Assembly: GCA_964057225.1 (NCBI GenBank)
Contig: OZ059896.1
Span: 5,084,001 to 5,148,000 of the forward strand
From: Auanema rhodensis
Taxonomy: Eukaryota > Animalia > Nematoda
Direction: 5' to 3'
Length of the DNA stretch: 64,000 nucleotides
Below are positions 27,101 through 44,000 of this stretch, in pieces. Position 1 is the stretch's first letter. Every line of letters starts with the position of its first letter. The translations under genes and the position numbers were made by a program. The notes beneath the pieces are model-generated. The model was given only the letters and a program-made list of their open reading frames with translations, was not told where the DNA came from and made no database searches.

Positions 27101-29920
27101 AAATTTGTTTTCAGACTAATTTGGACATGGGGAATCTAATTTTGAAAACCGCATCTCTTTATCTTTCACGTGAAGCGAGTTACATACCAAGTGCACATCA
27201 CGTGTACATTTAATTAGCATAAATTAAAGTTCACGTAAATTTCAAAGTCATGGTTACCATGCACCAATATTAATAAAAATTTGTTTTTAGACTAATATGG
27301 ACATGAGGAATCTAATTTTGAAAATCGCATCTCTTTATCTTTCACGTGAAGCGAGTTACATACCAAGTGCACATCACGTGTACATTTAATTAGCATAAAT
27401 TAAAGTTCACGTAAATTTCAAAGTCATGGTTACCATGCACCAATATCAATAAAAATTTGTTTTTAGACTAATATGGACATGGGGAATCTAATTTTGAAAA
27501 TCGCATCTCTTTATCTTTCACGTGAAGCGAGTTACATACCAAGTGCACATCACGTGTACATTTAATTAGCATAAATTAAAGTTCACGTAAATTTCAAAGT
27601 CATGGTTACCATGAACCAATATCAATAAAAATTTGTTTTTAGACTAATATGGACATGGGGAATCTAATTTTGGAAACCGCATCTCTTTATCTTTCACGTG
27701 AAGCGAGTTACATACCAAGTGCACATCACGTGTACATTTAATTAGCATAAATTAAAGTTCACGTAAATTTCAAAGTCATGGTTACCATGCACCAATATTA
27801 ATAAAAATTTGTTTTTAGACTAATATGGACATGGGGAATCTAATTTTGAAAACCGCATCTCTTTATCTTTCACGTGAAGCGAGTTACATACCAAGTGCAC
27901 ATCACGTGTACATTTAATTAGCATAAATTAAAGTTCACGTAAATTTCAAAGTCATGGTTACCATGAACCAATATCAATAAAAATTTGTTTTTAGACTAAT
28001 ATGGACATGGGGAATCTAATTTTGAAAACCGCATCTCTTTATCTTTCACGTGAAGCGAGTTACATACCAAGTGCACATCACGTGTACATTTAATTAGCAT
28101 AAATTAAAGTTCACGTAAATTTCAAAGTCATGGTTACCATGCACCAATATCAATAAAAATTTGTTTTTAGACTAATATGGACATGGGGAATCTAATTTTG
28201 AAAACCGCATCTCTTTATCTTTCACGTGAAGCGAGTTACATACCAAGTGCACATCACGTGTACATTTAATTAGCATAAATTAAAGTTCACGTAAATTTCA
28301 AAATCATGGTTACCATGCACCAATATCAATAAAAATTTGTTTTTAGACTAATATGAACATGGGGAATCTAATTTTGAAAACCGCATCTCTTTATCTTTCA
28401 CGTGAAGCGAGTTACATACCAAGTGCACATCACGTGTACATTTAATTAGCATAAATTAAAGTTCACGTAAATTTCAAAGTCATGGTTACCATGCACCAAT
28501 ATTAATAAAAATTTGTTTTTAAACTAATATGGACATGGGGAATCTAATTTTGAAAACCGCATCTCTTTATCTTTCACGTGAAGCGAGTTACATACCAAGT
28601 GCACATCACGTGTACATTTAATTAGCATAAATTAAAGTTCACGTAAATTTCAAAGTCATGGTTACCATGAACCAATATCAATAAAAATTTGTTTTTAGAC
28701 TAATATGGACATGGGGAATCTAATTTTGAAAATCGCATCTCTTTATCTTTCACGTGAAGCGAGTTACATACCAAGTGCACATCACGTGTACATTTAATTA
28801 GCATAAATTAAAGTTCACGTAAATTTCAAAGTCATGGTTACCATGAACCAATATCAATAAAAATTTGTTTTTAGACTAATATGGACATGGGGAATCTAAT
28901 TTTGAAAACCGCATCTCTTTATCTTTCACGTGAAGCGAGTTACATACCAAGTGCACATCACGTGTACATTTAATTAGCATAAATTAAAGTTCACGTAAAT
29001 TTCAAAGTCATGGTTACCATGCACCAATATTAATAAAAATTTGTTTTTAGACTAATATGGACATGGGGAATCTAATTTTGAAAACCGCATCTCTTTATCT
29101 TTCACGTGAAGCGAGTTACATACCAAGTGCACATCACGTGTACATTTAATTAGCATAAATTAAAGTTCACGTAAATTTCAAAGTCATGGTTACCATGCAC
29201 CAATATCAATAAAAATTTGTTTTTAGACTAATATGGACATGGAGAATCTAATTTTGAAAACCGCATCTCTTTATCTTTCACGTGAAGCGAGTTACATACC
29301 AAGTGCACATCACGTGTACATTTAATTAGCATAAATTAAAGTTCACGTAAATTTCAAAGTCATGGTTACCATGCACCAATATCAATAAAAATTTGTTTTT
29401 AGACTAATATGGACATGGGGAATCTAATTTTGAAAACCGCATCTCTTTATCTTTCACGTGAAGCGAGTTACATACCAAGTGCACATCACGTGTACACTTA
29501 ATTAGCATAAATTAAAGTTCACGTAAATTTCAAAGTCATGGTTACCATGCACCAATATCAATAAAAATTTGTTTTTAGACTAATATGGACATGGGGAATC
29601 TAATTTTGAAAACCGCATCTCTTTATCTTTCAAGTGAAGCGAGTTACATACCAAGTGCACATCACGTGTACATTTAATTAGCATAAATTAAAGTTCACGT
29701 AAATTTCAAAGTCATGGTTACCATGCACCAATATCAATAAAAATTTGTTTTTAGACTAATATGGACATGGGGAATCTAATTTTGAAAATCGCATCTCTTT
29801 ATCTTTCACGTGAAGCGAGTTACATACCAAGTGCACATCACGTTTACATTTAATTAGCATAAATTAAAGTTCACGTAAATTTCAAAGTCATGGTTACCAT
29901 GAACCAATATCAATAAAAAT

Positions 29921-30976
29921 TTGTTTTTAGACTAATATGGACATGGGGAATCTAATTTTGAAAACCGCATCTCTTTATCTTTCACGTGAAGCGAGTTACA
30001 TACCAAGTGCACATCACGTGTACATTTAATAAGCATAAATTAAAGTTCACGTAAATTTCAAAGTCATGGTTACCATGCACCAATATCAATAAAAATTTGT
30101 TTTTAGACTAATATGGACATGGGGAATCTAATTTTGAAAATCGCATCTCTTTATCTTTCACGTGAAGCGAGTTACATACCAAGTGCACATCACGTGTACA
30201 TTTAATTAGCATAAATTAAAGTTCACGTAAATTTCAAAGTCATGGTTACCAAGAACCAATATCAATAAAAATTTGTTTTTAGACTAATATGGACATGGGG
30301 AATCTAATTTTTAAAACCGCATCTCTTTATCTTTCACGTGAAGCGAGTTACATACCAAGTGCACATCACGTGTACATTTAATTAGCATAAATTAAAGTTC
30401 ACGTAAATTTCAAAGTCATGGTTACCATGAACCAATATCAATAAAAATTTGTTTTTAGACTAATATGGACATGGGGAATCTAATTTTGAAAACCGCATCT
30501 CTTTATCTTTCACGTGAAGCGAGTTACATACCAAGTGCACATCACGTGTACATTTAATAAGCATAAATTAAAGTTCACGTAAATTTCAAAGTCATGGTTA
30601 CCATGCACCAATATCAATAAAAATTTGTTTTTAGACTAATATGGACATGGGGAATCTAATTTTGAAAATCGCATCTCTTTATCTTTCACGTGAAGCGAGT
30701 TACATACCAAGTGCACATCACGTGTACATTTAATTAGCATAAATTAAAGTTCACGTAAATTTCAAAGTCATGGTTACCAAGAACCAATATCAATAAAAAT
30801 TTGTTTTTAGACTAATATGGACATGGGGAATCTAATTTTTAAAACCGCATCTCTTTATCTTTCACGTGAAGCGAGTTACATACCAAGTGCACATCACGTG
30901 TACATTTAATTAGCATAAATTAAAGTTCACGTAAATTTCAAAGTCATGGTTACCATGAACCAATATCAATAAAAAT
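29921..30976. repeat. 3-monomer (528 bp) tandem duplication
   Basis: T111A at 30031/30559, T156A (ACCAAG) in n=171/174 and G40T (TTTTTAAAA) in n=172/175. Confidence 0.9.
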
Positions 30977-33900
30977 TTGTTTTTAGACTAATATGGACAT
31001 GGGGAATCTAATTTTGAAAACCGCATCTTTTTATCTTTCACGTGAAGCGAGTTACATACCAAGTGCACATCACGTGTACATTTAATTAGCATAAATTAAA
31101 GTTCACGTAAATTTCAAAGTCATGGTTACCATGCACCAATATCAATAAAAATTTGTTTTTAGACTAATTTGGACATGGGGAATCTAATTTTGAAAACCGC
31201 ATCTCTTTATCTTTCAAGTGAAGCGAGTTACATACCAAGTGCACATCACGTGTACATTTAATTAGCATAAATTAAAGTTCACGTAAATTTCAAAGTCATG
31301 GTTACCATGCACCAATATTAATAAAAATTTGTTTTTAGACTAATATGGACATGAGGAATCTAATTTTGAAAACCGCATCTCTTTATCTTTCACGTGAAGC
31401 GAGTTACATACCAAGTGCACATCACGTGTACATTTAATTAGCATAAATTAAAGTTCACGTAAATTTCAAAGTCATGGTTACCATGCACCAATATCAATAA
31501 AAATTTGTTTTTAGACTAATATGGACATGGAGAATCTAATTTTGAAAACCGCATCTCTTTATCTTTCACGTGAAGCGAGTTACATACCAAGTGCACATCA
31601 CGTGTACATTTAATTAGCATAAATTAAAGTTCACGTAAATTTCAAAGTCATGGTTACCATGCACCAATATCAATAAAAATTTGTTTTTAGACTAATATGG
31701 ACATGGGGAATCTAATTTTGAAAACCGCATCTCTTTATCTTTCACGTGAAGCGAGTTACATACCAAGTGCACATCACGTGTACACTTAATTAGCATAAAT
31801 TAAAGTTCACGTAAATTTCAAAGTCATGGTTACCATGCACCAATATCAATAAAAATTTGTTTTTAGACTAATATGGACATGGGGAATCTAATTTTGAAAA
31901 CCCCATCTCTTTATCTTTCAAGTGAAGCGAGTTACATACCAAGTGCACATCACGTGTACATTTAATTAGCATAAATTAAAGTTCACGTAAATTTCAAAGT
32001 CATGGTTACCATGCACCAATATCAATAAAAATTTGTTTTTAGACTAATATGGACATGGGGAATCTAATTTTGAAAACCGCATCTCTTTATCTTTCACGTG
32101 AAGCGAGTTACATACCAAGTGCACATCACGTGTACATTTAATTAGCATAAATTAAAGTTCACGTAAATTTCAAAGTCATGGTTACCATGCACCAATATCA
32201 ATAAAAATTTGTTTTTAGACTAATATGAACATGGGGAATCTAATTTTGAAAACCGCATCTCTTTATCTTTCACGTGAAGCGAGTTACATACCAAGTGCAC
32301 ATAACGTGTACATTTAATTAGCATAAATTAAAGTTCACGTAAATTTCAAAGTCATGGTTACCATGCACCAATATCAATAAAAATTTGTTTTTAGACTAAT
32401 ATGGACATGGAGAATCTAATTTTGAAAACCGCATCTCTTTATCTTTCACGTGAAGCGAGTTACATACCAAGTGCACATCACGTGTACATTTAATTAGCAT
32501 AAATTAAAGTTCACGTAAATTTCAAAGTCATGGTTACCATGCACCAATATCAATAAAAATTTGTTTTTAGACTAATATGGACATGGAGAATCTAATTTTG
32601 AAAACCGCATCTCTTTATCTTTCACGTGAAGCGAGTTACATACCAAGTGCACATCACGTGTACATTTAATTAGCATAAATTAAAGTTCACGTAAATTTCA
32701 AAGTCATGGTTACCATGAACCAATATCAATAAAAATTTGTTTTTAGACTAATATGGACATGGGGAATCTAATTTTGAAAATCGCATCTCTTTATCTTTCA
32801 CGTGAAGCGAGTTACATACCAAGTGCACATCACGTGTACATTTAATTAGCATAAATTAAAGTTCACGTAAATTTCAAAGTCATGGTTACCATGAACCAAT
32901 ATCAATAAAAATTTGTTTTTAGACTAATATGGACATGGGGAATCTAATTTTGAAAACCGCATCTCTTTATCTTTCAAGTGAAGCGAGTTACATACCAAGT
33001 GCACATCACGTGTACATTTAATTAGCATAAATTAAAGTTCACGTAAATTTCAAAGTCATGGTTACCATGCACCAATATTAATAAAAATTTGTTTTTAGAC
33101 TAATATGGACATGGGGAATCTAATTTTGAAAACCGCATCTCTTTATCTTTCACGTGAAGCGAGTTACATACCAAGTGCACATCACGTGTACATTTAATTA
33201 GCATAAATTAAAGTTCACGTAAATTTCAAAGTCATGGTTACCATGCACCAATATTAATAAAAATTTGTTTTTAGACTAATATGGACATGGGGAATCTAAT
33301 TTTGAAAACCGCATCTCTTTATCTTTCACGTGAAGCGAGTTACATACCAAGTGCACATCACGTGTACATTTAATTAGCATAAATTAAAGTTCACGTAAAT
33401 TTCAAAGTCATGGTTACCATGCACCAATATCAATAAAAATTTGTTTTTAGACTAATATGGACATGGGGAATCTAATTTTGAAAACCGCATCTCTTTATCT
33501 TTCACGTGAAGCGAGTTACATACCAAGTGCACATCACGTGTACACTTAATTAGCATAAATTAAAGTTCACGTAAATTTCAAAGTCATGGTTACCATGCAC
33601 CAATATCAATAAAAATTTGTTTTTAGACTAATATGGACATGGGGAATCTAATTTTGAAAACCGCATCTCTTTATCTTTCAAGTGAAGCGAGTTACATACC
33701 AAGTGCACATCACGTGTACATTTAATTAGCATAAATTAAAGTTCACGTAAATTTCAAAGTCATGGTTACCATGCACCAATATCAATAAAAATTTGTTTTT
33801 AGACTAATATGGACATGGGGAATCTAATTTTGAAAATCGCATCTCTTTATCTTTCACGTGAAGCGAGTTACATACCAAGTGCACATCACGTGTACATTTA

Positions 33901-36900
33901 ATTAGCATAAATTAAAGTTCACGTAAATTTCAAAGTCATGGTTACCATGAACCAATATCAATAAAAATTTGTTTTTAGACTAATATGGACATGGGGAATC
34001 TAATTTTGAAAACCGCATCTCTTTATCTTTCACGTGAAGCGAGTTACATACCAAGTGCACATCACGTGTACATTTAATTAGCATAAATTAAAGTTCACGT
34101 AAATTTCAAAGTCATGGTTACCATGCACCAATATTAATAAAAATTTGTTTTTAGACTAATATGGACATGGGGAATCTAATTTTGAAAACCGCATCTCTTT
34201 ATCTTTCACGTGAAGCGAGTTACATACCAAGTGCACATCACGTGTACATTTAATTAGCATAAATTAAAGTTCACGTAAATTTCAAAGTCATGGTTACCAT
34301 GCACCAATATCAATAAAAATTTGTTTTTAGACTAATATGGACATGGGGAATCTAATTTTGAAAATCGCATCTCTTTATCTTTCACGTGAAGCGAGTTACA
34401 TACCAAGTGCACATCACGTGTACATTTAATTAGCATAAATTAAAGTTCACGTAAATTTCAAAGTCATGGTTAGCATGAACCAATATCAATAAAAATTTGT
34501 TTTTAGACTAATATGGACATGGGGAATCTAATTTTGAAAACCGCATCTCTTTATCTTTCACGTGAAGCGAGTTACATACCAAGTGCACATCACGTGTACA
34601 TTTAATTAGCATAAATTAAAGTTCACGTAAATTTCAAAGTCATGGTTACCATGAACCAATATCAATAAAAATTTGTTTTTAGACTAATATGGACATGGGG
34701 AATCTAATTTTGAAAACCGCATCTCTTTATCTTTCACGTGAAGCGAGTTACATACCAAGTGCACATCACGTGTACATTTAATTAGCATAAATTAAAGTTC
34801 ACGTAAATTTCAAAGTCATGGTTACCATGCACCAATATCAATAAAAATTTGTTTTTAGACTAATTTGGACATGGGGAATCTAATTTTGAAAACCGCATCT
34901 CTTTATCTTTCAAGTGAAGCGAGTTACATACCAAGTGCACATCACGTGTACATTTAATTAGCATAAATTAAAGTTCACGTAAATTTCAAAGTCATGGTTA
35001 CCATGCACCAATATTAATAAAAATTTGTTTTTAGACTAATATGGACATGAGGAATCTAATTTTGAAAACCGCATCTCTTTATCTTCCACGTGAAGCGAGT
35101 TACATACCAAGTGCACATCACGTGTACATTTAATTAGCATAAATTAAAGTTCACGTAAATTTCAAAGTCATGGTTACCGTGAACCAATATCAATAAAAAT
35201 TTGTTTTTAGACTAATTTGAACATGGGGAATCTAATTTTGAAAACCGCATCTCTTTATCTTTCAAGTGAAGCGAGTTACATACCAAGTGCACATCACGTG
35301 TACATTTAATTAGCATAAATTAAAGTTCACGTAAATTTCAAAGTCATGGTTACCATGAACCAATATCAATAAAAATTTGTTTTTAGACTAATATGGACAT
35401 GGGGAATCTAATTTTGAAAACCGCATCTCTTTATCTTCCACGTGAAGCGAGTTACATACCAAGTGCACATCACGTGTACATTTAATTAGCATAAATTAAA
35501 GTTCACGTAAATTTCAAAGTCATGGTTACCATGCACCAATATTAATAAAAATTTGTTTTTAGACTAATAAGGACATGGGGAATCTAATTTTGAAAATCGC
35601 ATCTCTTTATCTTTCACGTGAAGCGAGTTACATACCAAGTGCATATCACGTGTACATTTAATTAGCATAAATTAAAGTTCACGTAAATTTCAAAGTCATG
35701 GTTACCATGAACCAATATCAATAAAAATTTGTTTTTAGACTAATATGGACATGGGGAATCTAATTTTGAAAACCGCATCTCTTTATCTTTCACGTGAAGC
35801 GAGTTACATACCAAGTGCACATCACGTGTACATTTAATTAGCATAAATTAAAGTTCACGTAAATTTCAAAGTCATGGTTACCATGCACCAATATCAATAA
35901 AAATTTGTTTTTAGACTAATATGAACATGGGGAATCTAATTTTGAAAACCGCATCTCTTTATCTTTCAAGTGAAGCGAGTTACATACCAAGTGCACATCA
36001 CGTGTACATTTAATTAGCATAAATTAAAGTTCACGTAAATTTCAAAGTCATGGTTACCATGAACCAATATCAATAAAAATTTGTTTTCAGACTAATTTGG
36101 ACATGGGGAATCTAATTTTGAAAACCGCATCTCTTTATCTTTCACGTGAAGCGAGTTACATACCAAGTGCACATCACGTGTACATTTAATTAGCATAAAT
36201 TAAAGTTCACGTAAATTTCAAAGTCATGGTTACCATGCACCAATATTAATAAAAATTTGTTTTTAGACTAATATGGACATGAGGAATCTAATTTTGAAAA
36301 TCGCATCTCTTTATCTTTCACGTGAAGCGAGTTACATACCAAGTGCACATCACGTGTACATTTAATTAGCATAAATTAAAGTTCACGTAAATTTCAAAGT
36401 CATGGTTACCATGAACCAATATCAATAAAAATTTGTTTTTAGACTAATATGGACATGGGGAATCTAATTTTGAAAACCGCATCTCTTTATCTTTCACGTG
36501 AAGCGAGTTACATACCAAGTGCACATCACGTGTACATTTAATTAGCATAAAGTAAAGTTCACGTAAATTTCAAAGTCATGGTTACCATGCACCAATATCA
36601 ATAAAAATTTGTTTTTAGACTAATATGGACATGGGGAATCTAATTTTGAAAATCGCATCTCTTTATCTTTCACGTGAAGCGAGTTACATACCAAGTGCAC
36701 ATCACGTGTACATTTAATTAGCATAAATTAAAGTTCACGTAAATTTCAAAGTCATGGTTACCATGAACCAATATCAATAAAAATTTGTTTTTAGACTAAT
36801 ATGGACATGGGGAATCTAATTTTGGAAACCGCATCTCTTTATCTTTCACGTGAAGCGAGTTACATACCAAGTGCACATCACGTGTACATTTAATTAGCAT

Positions 36901-39900
36901 AAATTAAAGTTCACGTAAATTTCAAAGTCATGGTTACCATGCACCAATATTAATAAAAATTTGTTTTTAGACTAATATGGACATGGGGAATCTAATTTTG
37001 AAAACCGCATCTCTTTATCTTTCACGTGAAGCGAGTTACATACCAAGTGCACATCACGTGTACATTTAATTAGCATAAATTAAAGTTCACGTAAATTTCA
37101 AAGTCATGGTTACCATGAACCAATATCAATAAAAATTTGTTTTTAGACTAATATGGACATGGGGAATCTAATTTTGAAAACCGCATCTCTTTATCTTTCA
37201 CGTGAAGCGAGTTACATACCAAGTGCACATCACGTGTACATTTAATTAGCATAAATTAAAGTTCACGTAAATTTCAAAGTCATGGTTACCATGCACCAAT
37301 ATCAATAAAAATTTGTTTTTAGACTAATATGGACATGGGGAATCTAATTTTGAAAACCGCATCTCTTTATCTTTCACGTGAAGCGAGTTACATACCAAGT
37401 GCACATCACGTGTACATTTAATTAGCATAAATTAAAGTTCACGTAAATTTCAAAATCATGGTTACCATGCACCAATATCAATAAAAATTTGTTTTTAGAC
37501 TAATATGGACATGGGGAATCTAATTTTGAAAACCGCATCTCTTTATCTTTCACGTGAAGCGAGTTACATACCAAGTGCACATCACGTGTACATTTAATTA
37601 ACATAAATTAAAGTTCACGTAAATTTCAAAGTCATGGTTACCATGAACCAATATCAATAAAAATTTGTTTTTAGACTAATATGGACATGGGGAATCTAAT
37701 TTTGAAAATCGCATCTCTTTATCTTTCACGTGAAGCGAGTTACATACCAAGTGCACATCACGTGTACATTTAATTAGCATAAATTAAAGTTCACGTAAAT
37801 TTCAAAGTCATGGTTACCATGAACCAATATCAATAAAAATTTGTTTTTAGACTAATATGGACATGGGGAATCTAATTTTGAAAACCGCATCTCTTTATCT
37901 TTCACGTGAAGCGAGTTACATACCAAGTGCACATCACGTGTACATTTAATTAGCATAAATTAAAGTTCACGTAAATTTCAAAGTCATGGTTACCATGCAC
38001 CAATATTAATAAAAATTTGTTTTTAGACTAATATGGACATGGGGAATCTAATTTTGAAAACCGCATCTCTTTATCTTTCACGTGAAGCGAGTTACATACC
38101 AAGTGCACATCACGTGTACATTTAATTAGCATAAATTAAAGTTCACGTAAATTTCAAAGTCATGGTTACCATGCACCAATATCAATAAAAATTTGTTTTT
38201 AGACTAATATGGACATGGAGAATCTAATTTTGAAAACCGCATCTCTTTATCTTTCACGTGAAGCGAGTTACATACCAAGTGCACATCACGTGTACATTTA
38301 ATTAGCATAAATTAAAGTTCACGTAAATTTCAAAGTCATGGTTACCATGCACCAATATCAATAAAAATTTGTTTTTAGACTAATATGGACATGGGGAATC
38401 TAATTTTGAAAACCGCATCTCTTTATCTTTCACGTGAAGCGAGTTACATACCAAGTGCACATCACGTGTACACTTAATTAGCATAAATTAAAGTTCACGT
38501 AAATTTCAAAGTCATGGTTACCATGCACCAATATCAATAAAAATTTGTTTTTAGACTAATATGGACATGGGGAATCTAATTTTGAAAACCGCATCTCTTT
38601 ATCTTTCAAGTGAAGCGAGTTACATACCAAGTGCACATCACGTGTACATTTAATTAGCATAAATTAAAGTTCACGTAAATTTCAAAGTCATGGTTACCAT
38701 GCACCAATATCAATAAAAATTTGTTTTTAGACTAATATGGACATGGGGAATCTAATTTTGAAAATCGCATCTCTTTATCTTTCACGTGAAGCGAGTTACA
38801 TACCAAGTGCACATCACGTGTACATTTAATTAGCATAAATTAAAGTTCACGTAAATTTCAAAGTCATGGTTACCATGAACCAATATCAATAAAAATTTGT
38901 TTTTAGACTAATATGGACATGGGGAATCTAATTTTGAAAACCGCATCTCTTTATCTTTCACGTGAAGCGAGTTACATACCAAGTGCACATCACGTGTACA
39001 TTTAATAAGCATAAATTAAAGTTCACGTAAATTTCAAAGTCATGGTTACCATGCACCAATATCAATAAAAATTTGTTTTTAGACTAATATGGACATGGGG
39101 AATCTAATTTTGAAAATCGCATCTCTTTATCTTTCACGTGAAGCGAGTTACATACCAAGTGCACATCACGTGTACATTTAATTAGCATAAATTAAAGTTC
39201 ACGTAAATTTCAAAGTCATGGTTACCAAGAACCAATATCAATAAAAATTTGTTTTTAGACTAATATGGACATGGGGAATCTAATTTTTAAAACGGCATCT
39301 CTTTATCTTTCACGTGAAGCGAGTTACATACCAAGTGCACATCACGTGTACATTTAATTAGCATAAATTAAAGTTCACGTAAATTTCAAAGTCATGGTTA
39401 CCATGAACCAATATCAATAAAAATTTGTTTTTAGACTAATATGGACATGGGGAATCTAATTTTGAAAACCGCATCTCTTTATCTTTCACGTGAAGCGAGT
39501 TACATACCAAGTGCACATCACGTGTACATTTAATTAGCATAAATTAAAGTTCACGTAAATTTCAAAGTCATGGTTACCATGCACCAATATCAATAAAAAT
39601 TTGTTTTTAGACTAATTTGGACATGGGGAATCTAATTTTGAAAACCGCATCTCTTTATCTTTCAAGTGAAGCGAGTTACATACCAAGTGCACATCACGTG
39701 TACATTTAATTAGCATAAATTAAAGTTCACGTAAATTTCAAAGTCATGGTTACCATGCACCAATATTAATAAAAATTTGTTTTTAGACTAATATGGACAT
39801 GAGGAATCTAATTTTGAAAACCGCATCTCTTTATCTTTCACGTGAAGCGAGTTACATACCAAGTGCACATCACGTGTACATTTAATTAGCATAAATTAAA

Positions 39901-42900
39901 GTTCACGTAAATTTCAAAGTCATGGTTACCATGAACCAATATCAATAAAAATTTGTTTTTAGACTAATATGGACATGGGGAATCTAATTTTGAAAACCGC
40001 ATCTCTTTATCTTTCACGTGAAGCGAGTTACATACCAAGTGCACATCACGTGTACACTTAATTAGCATAAATTAAAGTTCACGTAAATTTCAAAGTCATG
40101 GTTACCATGCACCAATATCAATAAAAATTTGTTTTTAGACTAATATGGACATGGAGAATCTAATTTTGAAAACCGCATCTCTTTATCTTTCACGTGAAGC
40201 GAGTTACATACCAAGTGCACATCACGTGTACATTTAATTAGCATAAATTAAAGTTCACGTAAATTTCAAAGTCATGGTTACCATGCACCAATATCAATAA
40301 AAATTTGTTTTTAGACTAATATGGACATGGGGAATCTAATTTTGAAAACCGCATCTCTTTATCTTTCACGTGAAGCGAGTTACATACCAAGTGCACATCA
40401 CGTGTACACTTAATTAGCATAAATTAAAGTTCACGTAAATTTCAAAGTCATGGTTACCATGCACCAATATCAATAAAAATTTGTTTTTAGACTAATATGG
40501 ACATGGGGAATCTAATTTTGAAAACCGCATCTCTTTATCTTTCAAGTGAAGCGAGTTACATACCAAGTGCACATCACGTGTACATTTAATTAGCATAAAT
40601 TAAAGTTCACGTAAATTTCAAAGTCATGGTTACCATGCACCAATATCAATAAAAATTTGTTTTTAGACTAATATGGACATGGGGAATCTAATTTTGAAAA
40701 CCGCATCTCTTTATCTTTCACGTGAAGCGAGTTACATACCAAGTGCACATCACGTGTACATTTAATTAGCATAAATTAAAGTTCACGTAAATTTCAAAGT
40801 CATGGTTACCATGCACCAATATCAATAAAAATTTGTTTTTAGACTAATATGAACATGGGGAATCTAATTTTGAAAACCGCATCTCTTTATCTTTCACGTG
40901 AAGCGAGTTACATACCAAGTGCACATAACGTGTACATTTAATTAGCATAAATTAAAGTTCACGTAAATTTCAAAGTCATGGTTACCATGCACCAATATCA
41001 ATAAAAATTTGTTTTTAGACTAATATGGACATGGAGAATCTAATTTTGAAAATCGCATCTCTTTATCTTTCACGTGAAGCGAGTTACATACCAAGTGCAC
41101 ATCACGTGTACATTTAATTAGCATAAATTAAAGTTCACGTAAATTTCAAAGTCATGGTTACCATGAACCAATATCAATAAAAATTTGTTTTTCGACTAAT
41201 ATGGACATGGGGAATCTAATTTTGAAAACCGCATCTCTTTATCTTTCACGTGAAGCGAGTTACATACCAAGTGCACATCACGTGTACATTTAATTAGCAT
41301 AAATTAAAGTTCACGTAAATTTCAAAGTCATGGTTACCATGCACCAATATTAATAAAAATTTGTTTTTAGACTAATATGGACATGGGGAATCTAATTTTG
41401 AAAACCGCATCTCTTTATCTTTCACGTGAAGCGAGTTACATACCAAGTGCACATCACGTGTACATTTAATTAGCATAAATTAAAGTTCACGTAAATTTCA
41501 AAGTCATGGTTACCATGCACCAATATCAATAAAAATTTGTTTTTAGACTAATATGGACATGGAGAATCTAATTTTGAAAACCGCATCTCTTTATCTTTCA
41601 CGTGAAGCGAGTTACATACCAAGTGCACATCACGTGTACATTTAATTAGCATAAATTAAAGTTCACGTAAATTTCAAAGTCATGGTTACCATGCACCAAT
41701 ATCAATAAAAATTTGTTTTTAGACTAATATGAACATGGGGAATCTAATTTTGAAAACCGCATCTCTTTATCTTTCACGTGAAGCGAGTTACATACCAAGT
41801 GCACATAACGTGTACATTTAATTAGCATAAATTAAAGTTCACGTAAATTTCAAAGTCATGGTTACCATGCACCAATATCAATAAAAATTTGTTTTTAGAC
41901 TAATATGGACATGGAGAATCTAATTTTGAAAACCGCATCTCTTTATCGTTCACGTGAAGCGAGTTACATACCAAGTGCACATCACGTGTACATTTAATTA
42001 GCATAAATTAAAGTTCACGTAAATTTCAAAGTCATGGTTACCATGAACCAATATCAATAAAAATTTGTTTTTAGACTAATATGGACATGGGGAATCTAAT
42101 TTTGAAAATCGCATCTCTTTATCTTTCACGTGAAGCGAGTTACATACCAAGTGCACGTCACGTGTACATTTAATTAGCATAAATTAAAGTTCACGTAAAT
42201 TTCAAAGTCATGGTTACCATGAACCAATATCAATAAAAATTTGTTTTTAGACTAATATGGACATGGGGAATCTAATTTTGGAAACCGCATCTCTTTATCT
42301 TTCACGTGAAGCGAGTTACATACCAAGTGCACATCACGTGTACATTTAATTAGCATAAATTAAAGTTCACGTAAATTTCAAAGTCATGGTTACCATGCAC
42401 CAATATTAATAAAAATTTGTTTTTAGACTAATATGGACATGGGGAATCTAATTTTGAAAACCGCATCTCTTTATCTTTCACGTGAAGCGAGTTACATACC
42501 AAGTGCACATCACGTGTACATTTAATTAGCATAAATTAAAGTTCACGTAAATTTCAAAGTCATGGTTACCATGCACCAATATCAATAAAAATTTGTTTTT
42601 AGACTAATATGGACATGGAGAATCTAATTTTGAAAACCGCATCTCTTTATCTTTCACGTGAAGCGAGTTACATACCAAGTGCACATCACGTGTACATTTA
42701 ATTAGCATAAATTAAAGTTCACGTAAATTTCAAAGTCATGGTTACCATGCACCAATATCAATAAAAATTTGTTTTTAGACTAATATGGACATGGGGAATC
42801 TAATTTTGAAAACCGCATCTCTTTATCTTTCACGTGAAGCGAGTTACATACCAAGTGCACATCACGTGTACACTTAATTAGCATAAATTAAAGTTCACGT

Positions 42901-44000
42901 AAATTTCAAAGTCATGGTTACCATGCACCAATATCAATAAAAATTTGTTTTTAGACTAATATGGACATGGGGAATCTAATTTTGAAAACCGCATCTCTTT
43001 ATCTTTCAAGTGAAGCGAGTTACATACCAAGTGCACATCACGTGTACATTTAATTAGCATAAATTAAAGTTCACGTAAATTTCAAAGTCATGGTTACCAT
43101 GCACCAATATCAATAAAAATTTGTTTTTAGACTAATATGGACATGGGGAATCTAATTTTGAAAATCGCATCTCTTTATCTTTCACGTGAAGCGAGTTACA
43201 TACCAAGTGCACATCACGTGTACATTTAATTAGCATAAATTAAAGTTCACGTAAATTTCAAAGTCATGGTTACCATGAACCAATATCAATAAAAATTTGT
43301 TTTTAGACTAATATGGACATGGGGAATCTAATTTTGAAAACCGCATCTCTTTATCTTTCACGTGAAGCGAGTTACATACCAAGTGCACATCACGTGTACA
43401 TTTAATTAGCATAAATTAAAGTTCACGTAAATTTCAAAGTCATGGTTACCATGCACCAATATCAATAAAAATTTGTTTTTAGACTAATATGGACATGGGG
43501 AATCTAATTTTGAAAATCGCATCTCTTTATCTTTCACGTGAAGCGAGTTACATACCAAGTGCACATCACGTGTACATTTAATTAGCATAAATTAAAGTTC
43601 ACGTAAATTTCAAAGTCATGGTTAGCATGAACCAATATCAATAAAAATTTGTTTTTAGACTAATATGGACATGGGGAATCTAATTTTGAAAACCGCATCT
43701 CTTTATCTTTCACGTGAAGCGAGTTACATACCAAGTGCACATCACGTGTACATTTAATTAGCATAAATTAAAGTTCACGTAAATTTCAAAGTCATGGTTA
43801 CCATGCACCAATATCAATAAAAATTTGTTTTTAGACTAATTTGGACATGGGGAATCTAATTTTGAAAACCGCATCTCTTTATCTTTCAAGTGAAGCGAGT
43901 TACATACCAAGTGCACATCACGTGTACATTTAATTAGCATAAATTAAAGTTCACGTAAATTTCAAAGTCATGGTTACCATGAACCAATATCAATAAAAAT